Source: Adineta vaga (lineage: Eukaryota > Animalia > Rotifera). From it: DNA of 64,000 nucleotides. The DNA lies in NCBI GenBank assembly GCA_021613535.1, contig CP075492.1, positions 14,570,001 to 14,634,000 on the forward strand. Reading direction: 5' to 3'. Positions 23,116-35,193 of this stretch are shown piece after piece. The notes below the pieces were generated by a model. It was given only the letters and a program-made list of their open reading frames with translations, did not search any database and had not been told where the DNA came from. A program made the position numbers and the translations under genes. Every line of letters begins with the position of its first letter. Position 1 is the first letter of the stretch.

Positions 23116-24543
23116 ATGGACATTGAAAATGAAAAAAGAAAAAGACGAAGGTATAAGATTTATTTAATTAATATAGATACTTGTACACACAAGTTTTTGT
23201 ATCTTTGTAGAAGATTATTACCATTTGCATTTTTATGTTGTTGTCTCTGCATTCCTGGTTTAATTGGCGCAATTATAGTAATTAGTTTAATCCCCACGTA
23301 TATGTCACCACATGGTCAAGATACCGATATTGCTAAGTCTTGTATGTTTTATATCAATTTTTTTGCACCTCTAATCCATTTGTTTTAGTTCAAATTCCTC
23401 TCAATGTTACATATGGTACTAATTTCAAAATTACTGATCTGTCAGTGACTCCCAGTGTGAATAACTTAGTCGCTAAGGTTTGTCATTATCTTTCTTCATT
23501 TGAATCTTTTTCTATTGTACTTTTGTAGCTGATGGAACAATATCAAACTGCGGATATCATTGTTGTCACAACTCTCTTCATTACATCAGCTGTGTCAACA
23601 CCTGGTAAAAACGGACGAGAAATAGAGTATGTCGAAAATTATTCCGAAATATATTCTACTTGCTTTTTATAGAGCAAAAGATCAAGAATGTACAGTAAAT
23701 CCTGGTACAAGTGGTGATTTTCTTTTTATTTCGTTTATTATCAAACCTCGATCATCATGTCATTCAATCACTTGTCAAAAGAAGTTCAATGAAACATTTG
23801 ATCAAATAGTGACCAGTCTACGTTTGAACACAGCACTGTTAGTGACTTTGTCGAATGGTTCGACTGCTACTGTTCAAGTGGGTTTCTGTTCGTTTGGTCC
23901 AATTCAACCAGGTAATTAATCGTTTAGATGACAAAAGATATATTGTGTGAGAAGAATTTAGTGCAATTTTTTTTGAGATCAGTACAATTTGATAATTAGT
24001 CGGATACTGCAGAAAACTTTTATAATATAGAATTACGATCAATATGGTCTTTTGTAATATTTCTTTGGTTACATTCGTCTATTCTATTTTCTTAAGGTTT
24101 GTCGACAACTACAACCTTAGTGACAGTTACTTCATCTTCGTCAACAACTACAACTGGAACAACATCTATTACAACGACATTGACGAGCACATCAACAAGT
24201 TCATCATCAAGTACATCATCAAGCACGCCGACAAGTACACCAACAAGCACGCCGACAAGTACACCAACAAGCACGCCGACAAGTACGCCAACGAGCATAC
24301 CAACAACTACTGGTAGGTTTTAAATTTGTATTGTAGAAGACAAAATAACTTTTTTGCTTTTGCTATTTCATTTACATTATTCATTATTTTATAAATAACT
24401 TTTGTCGTTTTTCAGTTTGTACGGCATTGAAAGAAACTTGTACAAGCGCTGAACAATGTTGTAGCAATAAGTGTCAAAGGAGCGACACATGTTGCTCATC
24501 TGGTGAAAGATGTGATGAGTGTTTAAAGTTCTGTATCAGTTGA
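23116..24543 (+). CDS. Type II membrane protein with Thr/Ser/Pro mucin stalk and C-terminal Cys-rich knottin-like module; 7 exons
   Basis: Exons 23116-23150, 23211-23341, 23389-23477, 23529-23626, 23673-23911, 24097-24312, 24416-24543 splice in frame. Basic N-terminus, CCCLC-containing TM, STPT repeats, final exon CTALKETCTSAEQCCSNKCQRSDTCCSSGERCDECLKFC. Confidence 0.75.
24222..24305 (+). repeat. Coding tandem repeat (12/24-bp unit encoding STPT)
   Basis: agcacgccgacaagtacaccaaca repeated about 3 times. Confidence 0.85.
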
Positions 24544-25493
24544 AATGGGGAAATGTGCTAGCCAGCATGATTATATTTTATTTCGATTCTTTTGATGCTT
24601 TCTGAACTTCGTTTCTACCGTTTTAACTATTTTGTTTTCTGTTGTTGATATCTGAGCACCGAAACTAATTAAATAAAGACTAATATATATCTATGGCCGA
24701 CAAAATAGAAAAATTACTTAAATATGTACGAATATATACCGATGATCATTATGACTTGATCAGAATAATTGAATCAACATCAGTTTTTGTAAAATGAAAA
24801 CGGTATGCTTTATTCTACTGAATCAGATTTTTTACTATAATGATCATAATAGATGGAATTGAATAGAAAGGCTAATTTAGGATTCGATGATATTTCTATA
24901 AAAGAAAAAGTTCATGATTAATCTATTTCCGTATCATCAATTGACGTCTTGAAAATTTCTTCATTATTCTTCGACATTATGCCATTGGTATAGTTTCAAA
25001 TATTCAAATGTTACATAATTATATGGAGACTTATTATACTAATAAGAATTTGAAAACTTAGAAGCTAATTCTTTCGATTTTTCAAAATATTACTGATTAA
25101 ATCCAATCTACAAAAAAAACTATGTTTCTATGATATTTGATTCTAACGATCAAATGGTTCTGTGTTCTCTTTTTATTTTCTTCATCAATGGAGAAAATAT
25201 TTGCATTATGATCTCTAAGTAATTTTAATCATGTCACGTACATATAAATAAATTCAGCTATATAGACCAAACTCAGATAGGCGTAGCATATATGCCAGTT
25301 GCATTTTACTTTGTCGTTTAATGATAAAAAAAAGTTACTATAAACTTTCTATTTGTTAGTAAATATGTAATTTTTTTCCTCTTCTTCTCTTTCTTCTTCT
25401 TTTTTTCTCATTCATATGTGACAATTTTGAAGAATATCATTTATTTTATAATTGAAAAGAAAATCAAAGCAGTAACGATAATAATTTCTGACA

Positions 25494-26463
25494 ATGATGC
25501 AATATTTTCGTGATTTTAAAACCAATACAATGACTAATTTTCGTCTAACTGATATATTTTCCAACAATTCATTTCCTGTCATTACTCTGGCAATTATACT
25601 TATTTTCAACTCAATTCAACGTAAGTCTCTATTGACGTTATCACTGATTTTCTAATTCCGAAATTATTTATTTCTTCAGCATCAACAGCAAATTTCTCAT
25701 TTGCCTGTAAAGATACCTTGCCTTCAAATGATTCGATGCGTATTCAATCTGGTTATATTAACTTCCAGTTTTGCTATCAAGCATTTCAAATGATACCGTC
25801 TAAAAACGGCACGTACAGTTTTACAATTGAAAGTACAATGCATATCAACGTTTATATTTCCTTGAAACAATCTGATCCATTCAGTCTCTTGAAAAATTCG
25901 ATGAAATTTGGGAGAAAAGATATAAAATGTTTGCATCTTGAAAATCCCCTGTATGTTGGATATGAATATGTTCTTGTGATCAGTATCGATAAGAATGGAA
26001 AAAAAGGAAATTTTTCAGTCACTATACGTGGTCCAGCAGATCTTCAGTTGACAACAAATAAACCATTATCGAGTAAGCAAATCGATTATTAAACAATGAA
26101 CTTATAAATTGTTTCTGTATAGATTCTTTATCATGTACCAAGTTTATTACATTGAAAAATAAAAACAAAGCTGATGAATCGAAAAGAATGGAAACTATCA
26201 TTATATCTCTTGTTACTGTTGTCATCATTATTTTTATTGTTTGTATCTGTATCTATCGATATAAGCGTCGAAAACATGCACTTGATCGACATCGTTATTC
26301 ACAAGAGATTTCAGATTTATCAGTACAACAATTATCTGTAAGAGATAATCATCGAAATGAAACAACAAACAATGAAGTTGGTGTACTTCATACGATTTCA
26401 ATTATTGAAATATCTAATCCTGCAGAAGAACAACCACCACCATCGTACAATTCAGTCGTATAA
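25494..26463 (+). CDS. Type I membrane protein: signal peptide, small beta-rich ectodomain, TM, cytoplasmic PPxY; 3 exons
   Basis: Exons 25494(or 25530)-25620, 25680-26071, 26123-26463 are in frame. TM IIISLVTVVIIIFIVCICIY followed by KRRK; ends PPPSYNSVV. Confidence 0.75.
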
Positions 26464-27600
26464 TCATCCAAAACACAACAATAAATAATTTAAACTGAAA
26501 TGTTTTGAAATTTTGCTGTTCTGAGTGTTATCAGGTCTTAGGTATAAATGTTCCTGAATCGACTCGTTCTTTCAAAAGGCAACTGAGTACCTACCGACTT
26601 ATTTCATTTGTTCTATATATTTTTTTCTCTTCTTATCTCGATTGTTGTTACTGCTACGTTTGGTTTGAAATCAAAATAAAGTCGAAATCTTATTCAGTAC
26701 TTATCATCGCATCTAAGCTTTTACTTCTTATAAAAAGAAAAAAATCCATGTAAACTGTATAGATCGAAGAAGGTATATAATTCATATGGTAGAAACCATA
26801 ATGTGTATAAACTTTATCGATCTATAGAGAACCGAAGTAAATCACATATCTGATATTTTTCAGCTTCTTTCAATGCCGATGAACGAAATCGTGTATTTAA
26901 AGATTCTATTATAACAACATTTCTTTTATTTGCATCTACTATACTGTTACTTTCCAAATACCATTCTAGTATTTTGCTACTTTGATTTATCTTAACAGAA
27001 TTAAAATACAAACTAATAAACAATTATAATACCATAGAATAAATTTATTATACATATGTGATAGGAATACAATAATCTTTTTTCTTTAAATACGAAAGAT
27101 AAACATCGTGAGAATCATAAATTTAGTCAGAGATAATACACACAAAAACGAAATATACATGTTTTCTCCTTTTATTTATTCTTTATTACGTTGACAGACG
27201 TCAATGTAAATATAATTTATGAACTTTCTTTGCAAAAAACACGAGATGTGTTAACTCTCATCACGTTACTGAACTATAGTCAGTCCACGTGCTGCTAATA
27301 GAAATTCCTTTTATATATTTGTATATTGAAAAAAGTAAGCATTACATTAATAGCATATATTTCTATTTAGTTTTTTTTTTCTTTCTATTAGTAATATCAT
27401 AAAGACAATGATGTTAATTCCACTAATGGTTCAAAGAAATATTTTTCCTTAACGTGACTTTACATTGAGTTTATGTTGTTCTCTTTTTACCGACGAGTAA
27501 ATATAGGCTAAAAGAAGAAAGAAAAAACTAATTCTAAAAGTTATTCGAACTTTTTTGAGCAAAAAAAATGTGTGTTTGGAAAGATTGACAAGTAAAAAGT

Positions 27601-28769
27601 ATGTTGTGGACAATTTTCATTTTCTCATTATTTACTTTTGGTGATTGTTTTCGTATTGGTAAAATACAAAACCATAGTATTATCGAAGTGATAGATAAGT
27701 TGTTATATAATATCTCACAAAATCAATGTATTTGTGAAATGTCAAAATTTAATCAATCATTCTTAGCATTGAATTATTTCGCAACAAATCAAATTTGTCA
27801 AGTATCTTATTTAAATACAAGTTCGATGGTTATTGAACTTAATCTTGATTCTGTGCTAATATTCATTAATCAATCATCATTTTTAATAACACAAAGTAAG
27901 TGTACAATTCTTTAGACAAAAGTCATTTTGTAAATTATTATTATTATACTGGCAAGATTCTACCTAAATCATACGAATAACGACAGATATCGATGGATTG
28001 AGTGATATATAATGATAGATTAATATGTTTCTTCTAGAGCAAGAAATACTTGCTTTTGAAAAATAATCCTGATATTATTTTATTGTTTTGATGTAGAAGC
28101 AATTGTGTCATCATCAACAACAACAACAAAAATATTTTCAAGTGAGTATGTTATCAAACAAGTAAGGAGTTAAAAAAATATTGCTACGACTTCATACATC
28201 CGAAATGGAATAAGTTTATGATTTTACTAGACAAAGTCTGTGATATTGGTACTATCTCGAATGATACGGATTTTTTTGAATTATTGTTTATATATCTTTG
28301 TTTATTCAATAGACTGTAGCAATAACAACAATAGCATGTTTATTCACCAAGCCACTTATCAAGTTGGCTCTCAGCCATATTCAGTCATTATTGCCGATGT
28401 TAATAACGATAATAAATCGGATATTGTTGATGCAAATTCGAATGCATCTAACATTGGTGTTCTAATTGCCACATCAGCCGGTACTCTTCAGCCACAAGTA
28501 ACGTATTCAGTTGGCATTAATCCATATTCATTGGTAGTAATTGATGTTAATAATGAAAAAAATTCGATATTGTTGTTACAAACTATGATTCAGACGACAT
28601 CGACGTTCTTCTCAATACAGGCAATGGCATTTTTCAAAATCGATCTACATATTCAGTTAACAGTAGACCACGATCATTAGTGGTTGCTGATATAAATAAC
28701 GACAATAAACCCGATATTATCGTAGCAAATTCTGGTTCAAATAGTATCAGTGTTCTTTTACATTGCTAA
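27601..28769 (+). pseudogene. Secreted FG-GAP/VCBS-repeat protein with a frameshift in an A7 homopolymer (pseudogene or sequencing error)
   Basis: Signal peptide; exons 27601-27895, 28097-28141, 28313-28769; three DVNNDNKxDIV repeats. The second repeat shifts frame at the A-run 28556-28562, and adding one A restores the frame to TAA at 28767-28769. Confidence 0.75.
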
Positions 28770-28859
28770 AATTTATTTATTCTGAATCTGAAACATTTCT
28801 ATTCGCTTATAAACAATGCTTGATAATAAAGTTCTATAAAGCATTTCAGAAAAATAAAA

Positions 28860-31646
28860 TTAAAATGACATTTGTGATTGAGCTTTTAAGATGGCATCGT
28901 CAATCTTTGCCAAGTCAGGATGATCGAATGGAAAATGTTCAGAAAGAATTTCACGTGCTGTTTGAAGATGTTCCAATCCAGAAACATAATCTCCCCTTGC
29001 GCAACTTAGAATACCAAGATTATGAAGAGTTTTAGCCAATTCAGGATGCTTTGTAGGTAAAACCATTCTTTGAATGTCAAGAGCCTTAGTCAAATAAAGA
29101 TCCGCATCATAGCATTTACCCATGCCTAGAGAAATACTTCCCATATTGCAGTATGTTCGACCAATTTCAGCATGAGTAGGAGGTAGATGCATTTCTTGAA
29201 CACGAAGTGTTTTTTCTAAGTAGTCAAGTGCAATCAAACCATTTCCTAAACGAAATTCAGTATAAGCAATGTTACTGCACAAAGCAGCTATATCTGGATG
29301 AGTTGAAGATAGACTTTTCTCTTGAATATCAATAGCTTTTTTGTAGAAACGGTTTGCTTTGTCGTATTTTTCTTCGGTTTGATAGACTATACCAATAGTA
29401 TTATAGGTTCGAGCCCATTCTGAATGATCAGGTGAAAGAGATAATTTTTGCATATCGTAAGCTTTCTTAAGATAATCGTGTGTTTGAGAAGATTTAGCCA
29501 ATAAGTTGTAAGTGAAAGCAACGTTAATGTAGAAGACAGGTAATTTGAAATCAGTTGTTGATAGAGATTTTTCTCGAATTTCAATTGCTTTTAAATGATA
29601 TACAATTGCTTCATCATATTGTCCTAATGCCTTTTGTGATTGAGCAATATTATTATAAATTAAAGCCAAGGAGGAATGTTCAGATGAATGAACTTCTTTA
29701 AATATTTTCACTGATTTCTGATAGTAGTTAATCGCTGTTTCGTATTGTCCCATACAATGACTGATAACTGCAAGATTATTCAATGTACCACTTATATCTG
29801 AGTGAATCTCTGGAAGTGATCTTTTTTGAATTTCAAGGGCTTTTTTGAAATATCGATAAGCATCTTCACGTTTTCCTATTGTGTTATGAATCATACCGAT
29901 ATTATTGTAAATAAGAGCCAGATCAGGATGAGCAGGTGGTAATAAATTTTGAACAGTATCAAGTGATTTTTGAAAATATTCTAGTGCAGTCGGATAATAC
30001 CCCATTGAACTTTTAATCACTGCGATGTTATTATACATTGTAGCTAAATCAAAAGCATTGTATGTAAAAGATTTTTCACGAATTTCAGCAACGATTTCAA
30101 AAAATTCACAAGCGGTAGGATAGTTTCCTATTAATTCATGAATGACACCCATATTACAAAAAATATCGACTAGATCAATGTAATCATATTCCGGAGATGA
30201 TGGAGTTGTGTCAAGTATGCTTTGATAGTATGAAAGTGCAGTATTATGATCACCTTGGCCATGTTTGATTCCTCCCAACATCCTATAGGTTTGTAAGCGA
30301 GCATGCATATCAATTGATGTTGATTCCAAAATATTATTGCAAATTTTCTCTGCTATATCATAATGACCCATACGCATGAGAAGATAAGTAATAGATTTAT
30401 CTACGGAACCGATTCGAATTTGTTGATGCATATATTCGGTGACTCGTTTCAAAGTTTCATCATTCTCATTTGTTAATGTAAGATTCACTTGACAAGAATT
30501 CTCTGAAATATGTATGATTTTGGCAATATGAAAGATTGTATGCATTGAAAATAAAATCTCTTCTTCATCTTCATGTTGAGTAGTTTGTCCAATAAAAGCA
30601 AATGGTGTGGATGATATTGAAGGATCAATTTCAATGTGAAAACATAGTCCAACGAAACCTTTCGGTAAAGATGAACTAGCAGCAAACATAGAAGAAACTA
30701 TTTTTTCTTTACTGGTTGATAGAAAGTTGTTGAAAAATAAAAGACCTCCTTCATTTTCTGTTAACTTTTGAAAATCTTTCTTGCACATAAGTTGACCACG
30801 ATAGACAACTAATTTTTCTTTTAATTGTTGCTCTCCGTGTAATTTAAGAATTGTTCGATGAAGATCTTGAATATAGACACCCATGTGAACAATAGTGTCA
30901 GTATCTTGAGTTCGAAGAGCTTTATTAAGTCGTTCGTAGAAGAGTGGTTCTTTCGTATACCACCATAATGATGAGCGAGGAGGATTACCTTGTTCAAATT
31001 CCTTTAACACTCTTAATCTACTAGGTTCATTGGCATCTTTTGTACGAAGATAATTAATAAAATCTTTTTTTGCATTTGCATCATATTGTTTCTCTAATAG
31101 AAGATCTTTCAATAATTGTGAATACATAAATGATGCATCAAGTTCATTTTTCTTGTTTTTTGTTAATGGAGACATAAAACCAATTGGAACTAAATCATCT
31201 TCATACTTTCGAATGTTTTTTTTAAATTGTTGGCAAAACTCGGTCATATGAGTAAATGAACCTTTGATTTTTGTCCATTTATTTATCTTTAATTCATGAA
31301 TATTTTCTTTCTCATAATGAATATAGATCAGTTTAAGTTGAGATATATCATGAATTAATGGTATAAGAGTTTGAATATGATCTTTGCGTAGAATAAGACA
31401 AACTTTATCATTGCGAATATTAGAAAGAAAATCAACACATTCGTCAACACACTTGAATAGTTTTATGTCACTGACGATATCAGAAAATTGTTTCAATGAA
31501 TTTTCCATATTGGTTTGCAATTCATCTGAACACGTATTCAAATAAACGATAATCCATTTTTCGCAAATATCATATTTTCGGAAGTTGATGTTCTGAAATT
31601 TTCCAAACATTTCATCTGTACAAATAGAAAACGGATCTTGAAGCAT
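28860..31646 (-). CDS. Receiver-like domain + ART + long TPR array
   Basis: WIIVYL...LIYIH N-domain; VYRG, FLSTS, EEEILF; about 12 42-aa TPRs (HPDLA..YNNIG). Likely start at ATG 31646, just after an acceptor-like site at 31655. Confidence 0.9.
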   Translation of the reverse strand: MLQDPFSICTDEMFGKFQNINFRKYDICEKWIIVYLNTCSDELQTNMENSLKQFSDIVSDIKLFKCVDECVDFLSNIRNDKVCLILRKDHIQTLIPLIHDISQLKLIYIHYEKENIHELKINKWTKIKGSFTHMTEFCQQFKKNIRKYEDDLVPIGFMSPLTKNKKNELDASFMYSQLLKDLLLEKQYDANAKKDFINYLRTKDANEPSRLRVLKEFEQGNPPRSSLWWYTKEPLFYERLNKALRTQDTDTIVHMGVYIQDLHRTILKLHGEQQLKEKLVVYRGQLMCKKDFQKLTENEGGLLFFNNFLSTSKEKIVSSMFAASSSLPKGFVGLCFHIEIDPSISSTPFAFIGQTTQHEDEEEILFSMHTIFHIAKIIHISENSCQVNLTLTNENDETLKRVTEYMHQQIRIGSVDKSITYLLMRMGHYDIAEKICNNILESTSIDMHARLQTYRMLGGIKHGQGDHNTALSYYQSILDTTPSSPEYDYIDLVDIFCNMGVIHELIGNYPTACEFFEIVAEIREKSFTYNAFDLATMYNNIAVIKSSMGYYPTALEYFQKSLDTVQNLLPPAHPDLALIYNNIGMIHNTIGKREDAYRYFKKALEIQKRSLPEIHSDISGTLNNLAVISHCMGQYETAINYYQKSVKIFKEVHSSEHSSLALIYNNIAQSQKALGQYDEAIVYHLKAIEIREKSLSTTDFKLPVFYINVAFTYNLLAKSSQTHDYLKKAYDMQKLSLSPDHSEWARTYNTIGIVYQTEEKYDKANRFYKKAIDIQEKSLSSTHPDIAALCSNIAYTEFRLGNGLIALDYLEKTLRVQEMHLPPTHAEIGRTYCNMGSISLGMGKCYDADLYLTKALDIQRMVLPTKHPELAKTLHNLGILSCARGDYVSGLEHLQTAREILSEHFPFDHPDLAKIDDAILKAQSQMSF

Positions 31647-32438
31647 CACTATGTCTAAAAATACACATATTAATTTTATTAATGAGAAGAATTGTAAATC
31701 GTAGAAAATTCGATAGAATGGAGGGAAAACGAAGGGAAAAATGTATCGCCCATTATAAAACGTTTGCTTGTTATGAAGAACACGCAATTTTCAGGATTAA
31801 GATAACGAAATTTAGGTCGTTAAAACTTTATCGAGCGCTGATAAAATAAGAACAGAATTGAAAATAGTGTCGTTTATGACGTCAGTAAATAACTGACGTA
31901 AGCAGAACAAATAGCATTTGATTCCATGTGAATATACATACTTGTGAGTTTCTTTTTATTCTAAGGAATAAAGTCAATTTATATTCTGCAATACGTATGT
32001 TTCCAACAAAGTCTGAATTCCTTTGTCGCCTTCTATAACTATACAAGAAGGTGATGAATATACTGCTGTGTGAGTGCTTGTTTTATTGTACTTATAAGTT
32101 GATATTGACTATTTTATGAGTTTATTGTGAGCCTGTCTGCATGGCTCTGGAGTGATGTATATCAAAAAGAACAAAAAGGGAATCACTTCCCGTACTCTGT
32201 GTCAGACACACACATGTATACCGGGAAGAAAAAGAGAACAAAGAGAAAGAATGGTATCACAGATAGCATTCTTTCACGAAACAAACAAAAGGGATGACTG
32301 TAACACTCCATGAATCAGAAGGATGGGGAGGAATGTATCCAGACGTGACATGGTAGAGAGGAAGAGAGAAGAAGAATAGCGAGGACACTCGTCATCGCTG
32401 ACATGTATAGAATATGAATGAGAAAATGATCTGTTGGA

Positions 32439-33040
32439 TCATGTCTTAAGTATTTTTCCAGCTGCTATGAAAATCATGATGAACACGAGTTTTAACATTT
32501 TGTTTATCAACTCTACGTCCATCATATGATCCACTATTAGAAGAGGTTTGGTAAGATTAGCTAAGAAATTCATTGACGAGAGTTTATAATGTTTATAAAT
32601 ATAATGAAAAATAACATCGGTCCATATTTCTGGACCTATCCAATTTAACACAAGATCAATTGACATATCTTGATTCGACATCTTTGGCGTAATTTCTACG
32701 ATCTTATCGATTAGATTTCTCAGAATTGGATGCATGGCCTGGAGCACTGGCAAACGTTCATTGACATAATTGAATAGGTCGTACAAAACTTTTCCAATCA
32801 TTTGGATTAGCAAATTCGACAGCAACGATAAATCGTATATGATCTTGTTGGTCATCTGTCCATGTATCGATAGGATGCAAACATTCAGTATCTATATCGG
32901 AATAAACACCTCCAAGTGTCATTACACAGCAATGTATCTGAACAAATCTGCTTATAAAACAGATTTCGACATATGAGACGTATGAATGATTGTGTTGAAT
33001 AGGTTTGATATTAATGAACCATATAGATGTATCCAAAATA
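32439..33040 (-). pseudogene. Degraded GT32 (OCH1-like alpha-1,6-mannosyltransferase) pseudogene
   Basis: ADLFRY, GGVYSDIDT (DxD), IQLCQ*TF..PGHPIL and WIGPEIWTD are recoverable across frames. Lesions: TGA in place of Trp, a duplicated CATG near 32733, an upstream TAA and a frameshift. Confidence 0.8.
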
Positions 33041-33336
33041 AGCTCAATAATATTTCATCATGTTATTATTTAAATGAATTTCGAAAAAGAAATATAGAAA
33101 TAAAGTTCGATACTAAATCGTGACATAAAAAGGCTAATGCGAAGAATAGAATAAAGAAGAAATACGATGCTAGAACGTATTTGTATGCGCATCTATTTAT
33201 CATATGAAGGTTAGAAGAAAGCTGTTTCAGTTAAAGTATTAGAATACACGATCAAAGATATATTCGATTACGAGTTAATTGCAAAATGATATGTTTTAAA
33301 GATGCTTTTCAGAGAATAAGAATAAATGAATTTAAT

Positions 33337-35193
33337 TCATTTTTTCTGTGTTGTCTTTTCAAGTATTGTGTAGATCCAGCATAACATTTTTTCTACATGT
33401 AAAATCCTTTGTTCTGTATTATTGAGTGCATGTCCACCAGCAAACCAGTCAAGTACAAAGTTCTTATTAAATTGAGTCATCTTCTTTGCAAAAGATTTCA
33501 TTTGCCGTTCAGGACAACGTGTATCATTATTAGCTTGAATGATCAGTATCGGTGCAATGATTTGTTCGACATACGTAATAGGAGAAGCATTAGTATACAA
33601 TTCCCTTTTCTCATCAGGTGTACCACCAAATAATGATACTTGATAACTTTTAAGTGATTCAGCTGAATCTTCATACAGCTCGATCCAATCGGCAATGGCA
33701 ATACCGGCTAATCCACCAGCCCATAAATTTGGTTGTTTACCAAGCGTTAACAATGTAAGATAGCCACCATAAGACCAACCAGTTAGAAAGATAGTATTCG
33801 ATTGAGCAATACTTTGTTCGATAAGCCAAGTACGAGCAGCAATAATATCTTCTACTTCCCAATGACCAATATCGGAATAGATTTTATTCTGAAATGTACG
33901 TCCAAAGGTTATTGAACCGCGGTAATTAATTGAGAAATATGCAAAACCATGATCGACCCATGCGCCAGCCGTTGGATCAAATCTGTCACTTGTAACAGCT
34001 GCAGGACCACCGTGCATACGAACTATCGTTGGAAGTAATGTGCCGACATTGTTGTGAGGTAAAGTAAGCCAACCTTGAATTAGTTGTCCATCCGATGACG
34101 GAAATGTAATCGAACGTCGAGATTGATTTGTCAGATTTTCATCCTTCGATGATCCAAGCATGACTTTTTTGAATGCTCCATTTTTATCATCTAATGCAAT
34201 AATTTGTCGCGGTGTATGTGCATTTTCCCATTCAACAATAATTGTTTTGTCAGGACCAAATTGCGCATCGAATATTGCACCAGATGGATGTTCTGTTAGT
34301 TTATTTGCAGTATTGTCGGCAATAGAATAGCAATAAAGTTGAAAAATGGCATTGTGAGTGTGTAGTAAAAGAATAAGGTTACCGTTATCCGACCAATCGA
34401 GTGGATCAACATCACCTTCGATGTTTAATTCATCAAGCATAAGATCGATTCGTTCGTTAGTACGTACATTCCAAATCAATGGTCGATTCACTCCAGTACG
34501 ATTAGTTTTTGCTAATAGACGTGCATCATTCGGCAATGGTGCGAATTGTTTTGGTGCAATATTTATTTCTGAACCATCGTCCAAAGTACCAATCATTTGT
34601 CCATTATTATTCACGTCAAATACGAGTAGTATGCTTCCTGAACCTTTTTTGACATCCGTTGTTTCGATAACTACAATATCTCCATTATAAGATAAAATTG
34701 GATTAGTGGTGTAGTTCGATGTTTGGTAGATAAGATTAGGTTTACTAACGGTATCCGTCATAACTGTCTGTGTTAACAACTGACAACCCTTCTCATGATC
34801 AGTAGCTAAATAAGTGATTGTTTTACCGATACAATCAGTTTGAAAACCTGATGTAGAGTATGGTTTAATGTCGGGTGTCAAATCCATTTCTTTACTTGTA
34901 TCAAAATCGACACGAACAAAATGACCAGTTTCATTGCCCTGTGTATCGTTCAAATAGTATACATAACGGCCATCTTCAGAAATATGTCCTGTTGCTTTTC
35001 CATCCAAATGATGAGTTAATTGACGTAGTTTATTATCCGCCACAGTCCATGCATATAATTGATATATACCTGATTGATTGCTGATTACTAAACCACGTTG
35101 ATGATTACGACGTGCTAAATATCCTCGATATTGATGTAAACGAAATCGTTGTTTCCATAATGCGTTTTCATCAACTAAAGGTGCAAGTCTCAT
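33337..35193 (-). CDS. S9 family (prolyl oligopeptidase / acylaminoacyl-peptidase) serine peptidase, bacterial type
   Basis: Intronless coding region; beta-propeller followed by HGGP, NYRGS, GWSYGG (catalytic Ser), NDTRC (Asp), GGH (His). Start at 35193 or 35220. Confidence 0.92.
   Translation of the reverse strand: MRLAPLVDENALWKQRFRLHQYRGYLARRNHQRGLVISNQSGIYQLYAWTVADNKLRQLTHHLDGKATGHISEDGRYVYYLNDTQGNETGHFVRVDFDTSKEMDLTPDIKPYSTSGFQTDCIGKTITYLATDHEKGCQLLTQTVMTDTVSKPNLIYQTSNYTTNPILSYNGDIVVIETTDVKKGSGSILLVFDVNNNGQMIGTLDDGSEINIAPKQFAPLPNDARLLAKTNRTGVNRPLIWNVRTNERIDLMLDELNIEGDVDPLDWSDNGNLILLLHTHNAIFQLYCYSIADNTANKLTEHPSGAIFDAQFGPDKTIIVEWENAHTPRQIIALDDKNGAFKKVMLGSSKDENLTNQSRRSITFPSSDGQLIQGWLTLPHNNVGTLLPTIVRMHGGPAAVTSDRFDPTAGAWVDHGFAYFSINYRGSITFGRTFQNKIYSDIGHWEVEDIIAARTWLIEQSIAQSNTIFLTGWSYGGYLTLLTLGKQPNLWAGGLAGIAIADWIELYEDSAESLKSYQVSLFGGTPDEKRELYTNASPITYVEQIIAPILIIQANNDTRCPERQMKSFAKKMTQFNKNFVLDWFAGGHALNNTEQRILHVEKMLCWIYTILEKTTQKK

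Noticed and set aside
24044-24316. ORFs with HADKYTNK or VGVL repeats; possible CRISPR-like array
   Set aside because: Alternative-frame and antisense readings of the STPT coding repeat; no unique spacers.
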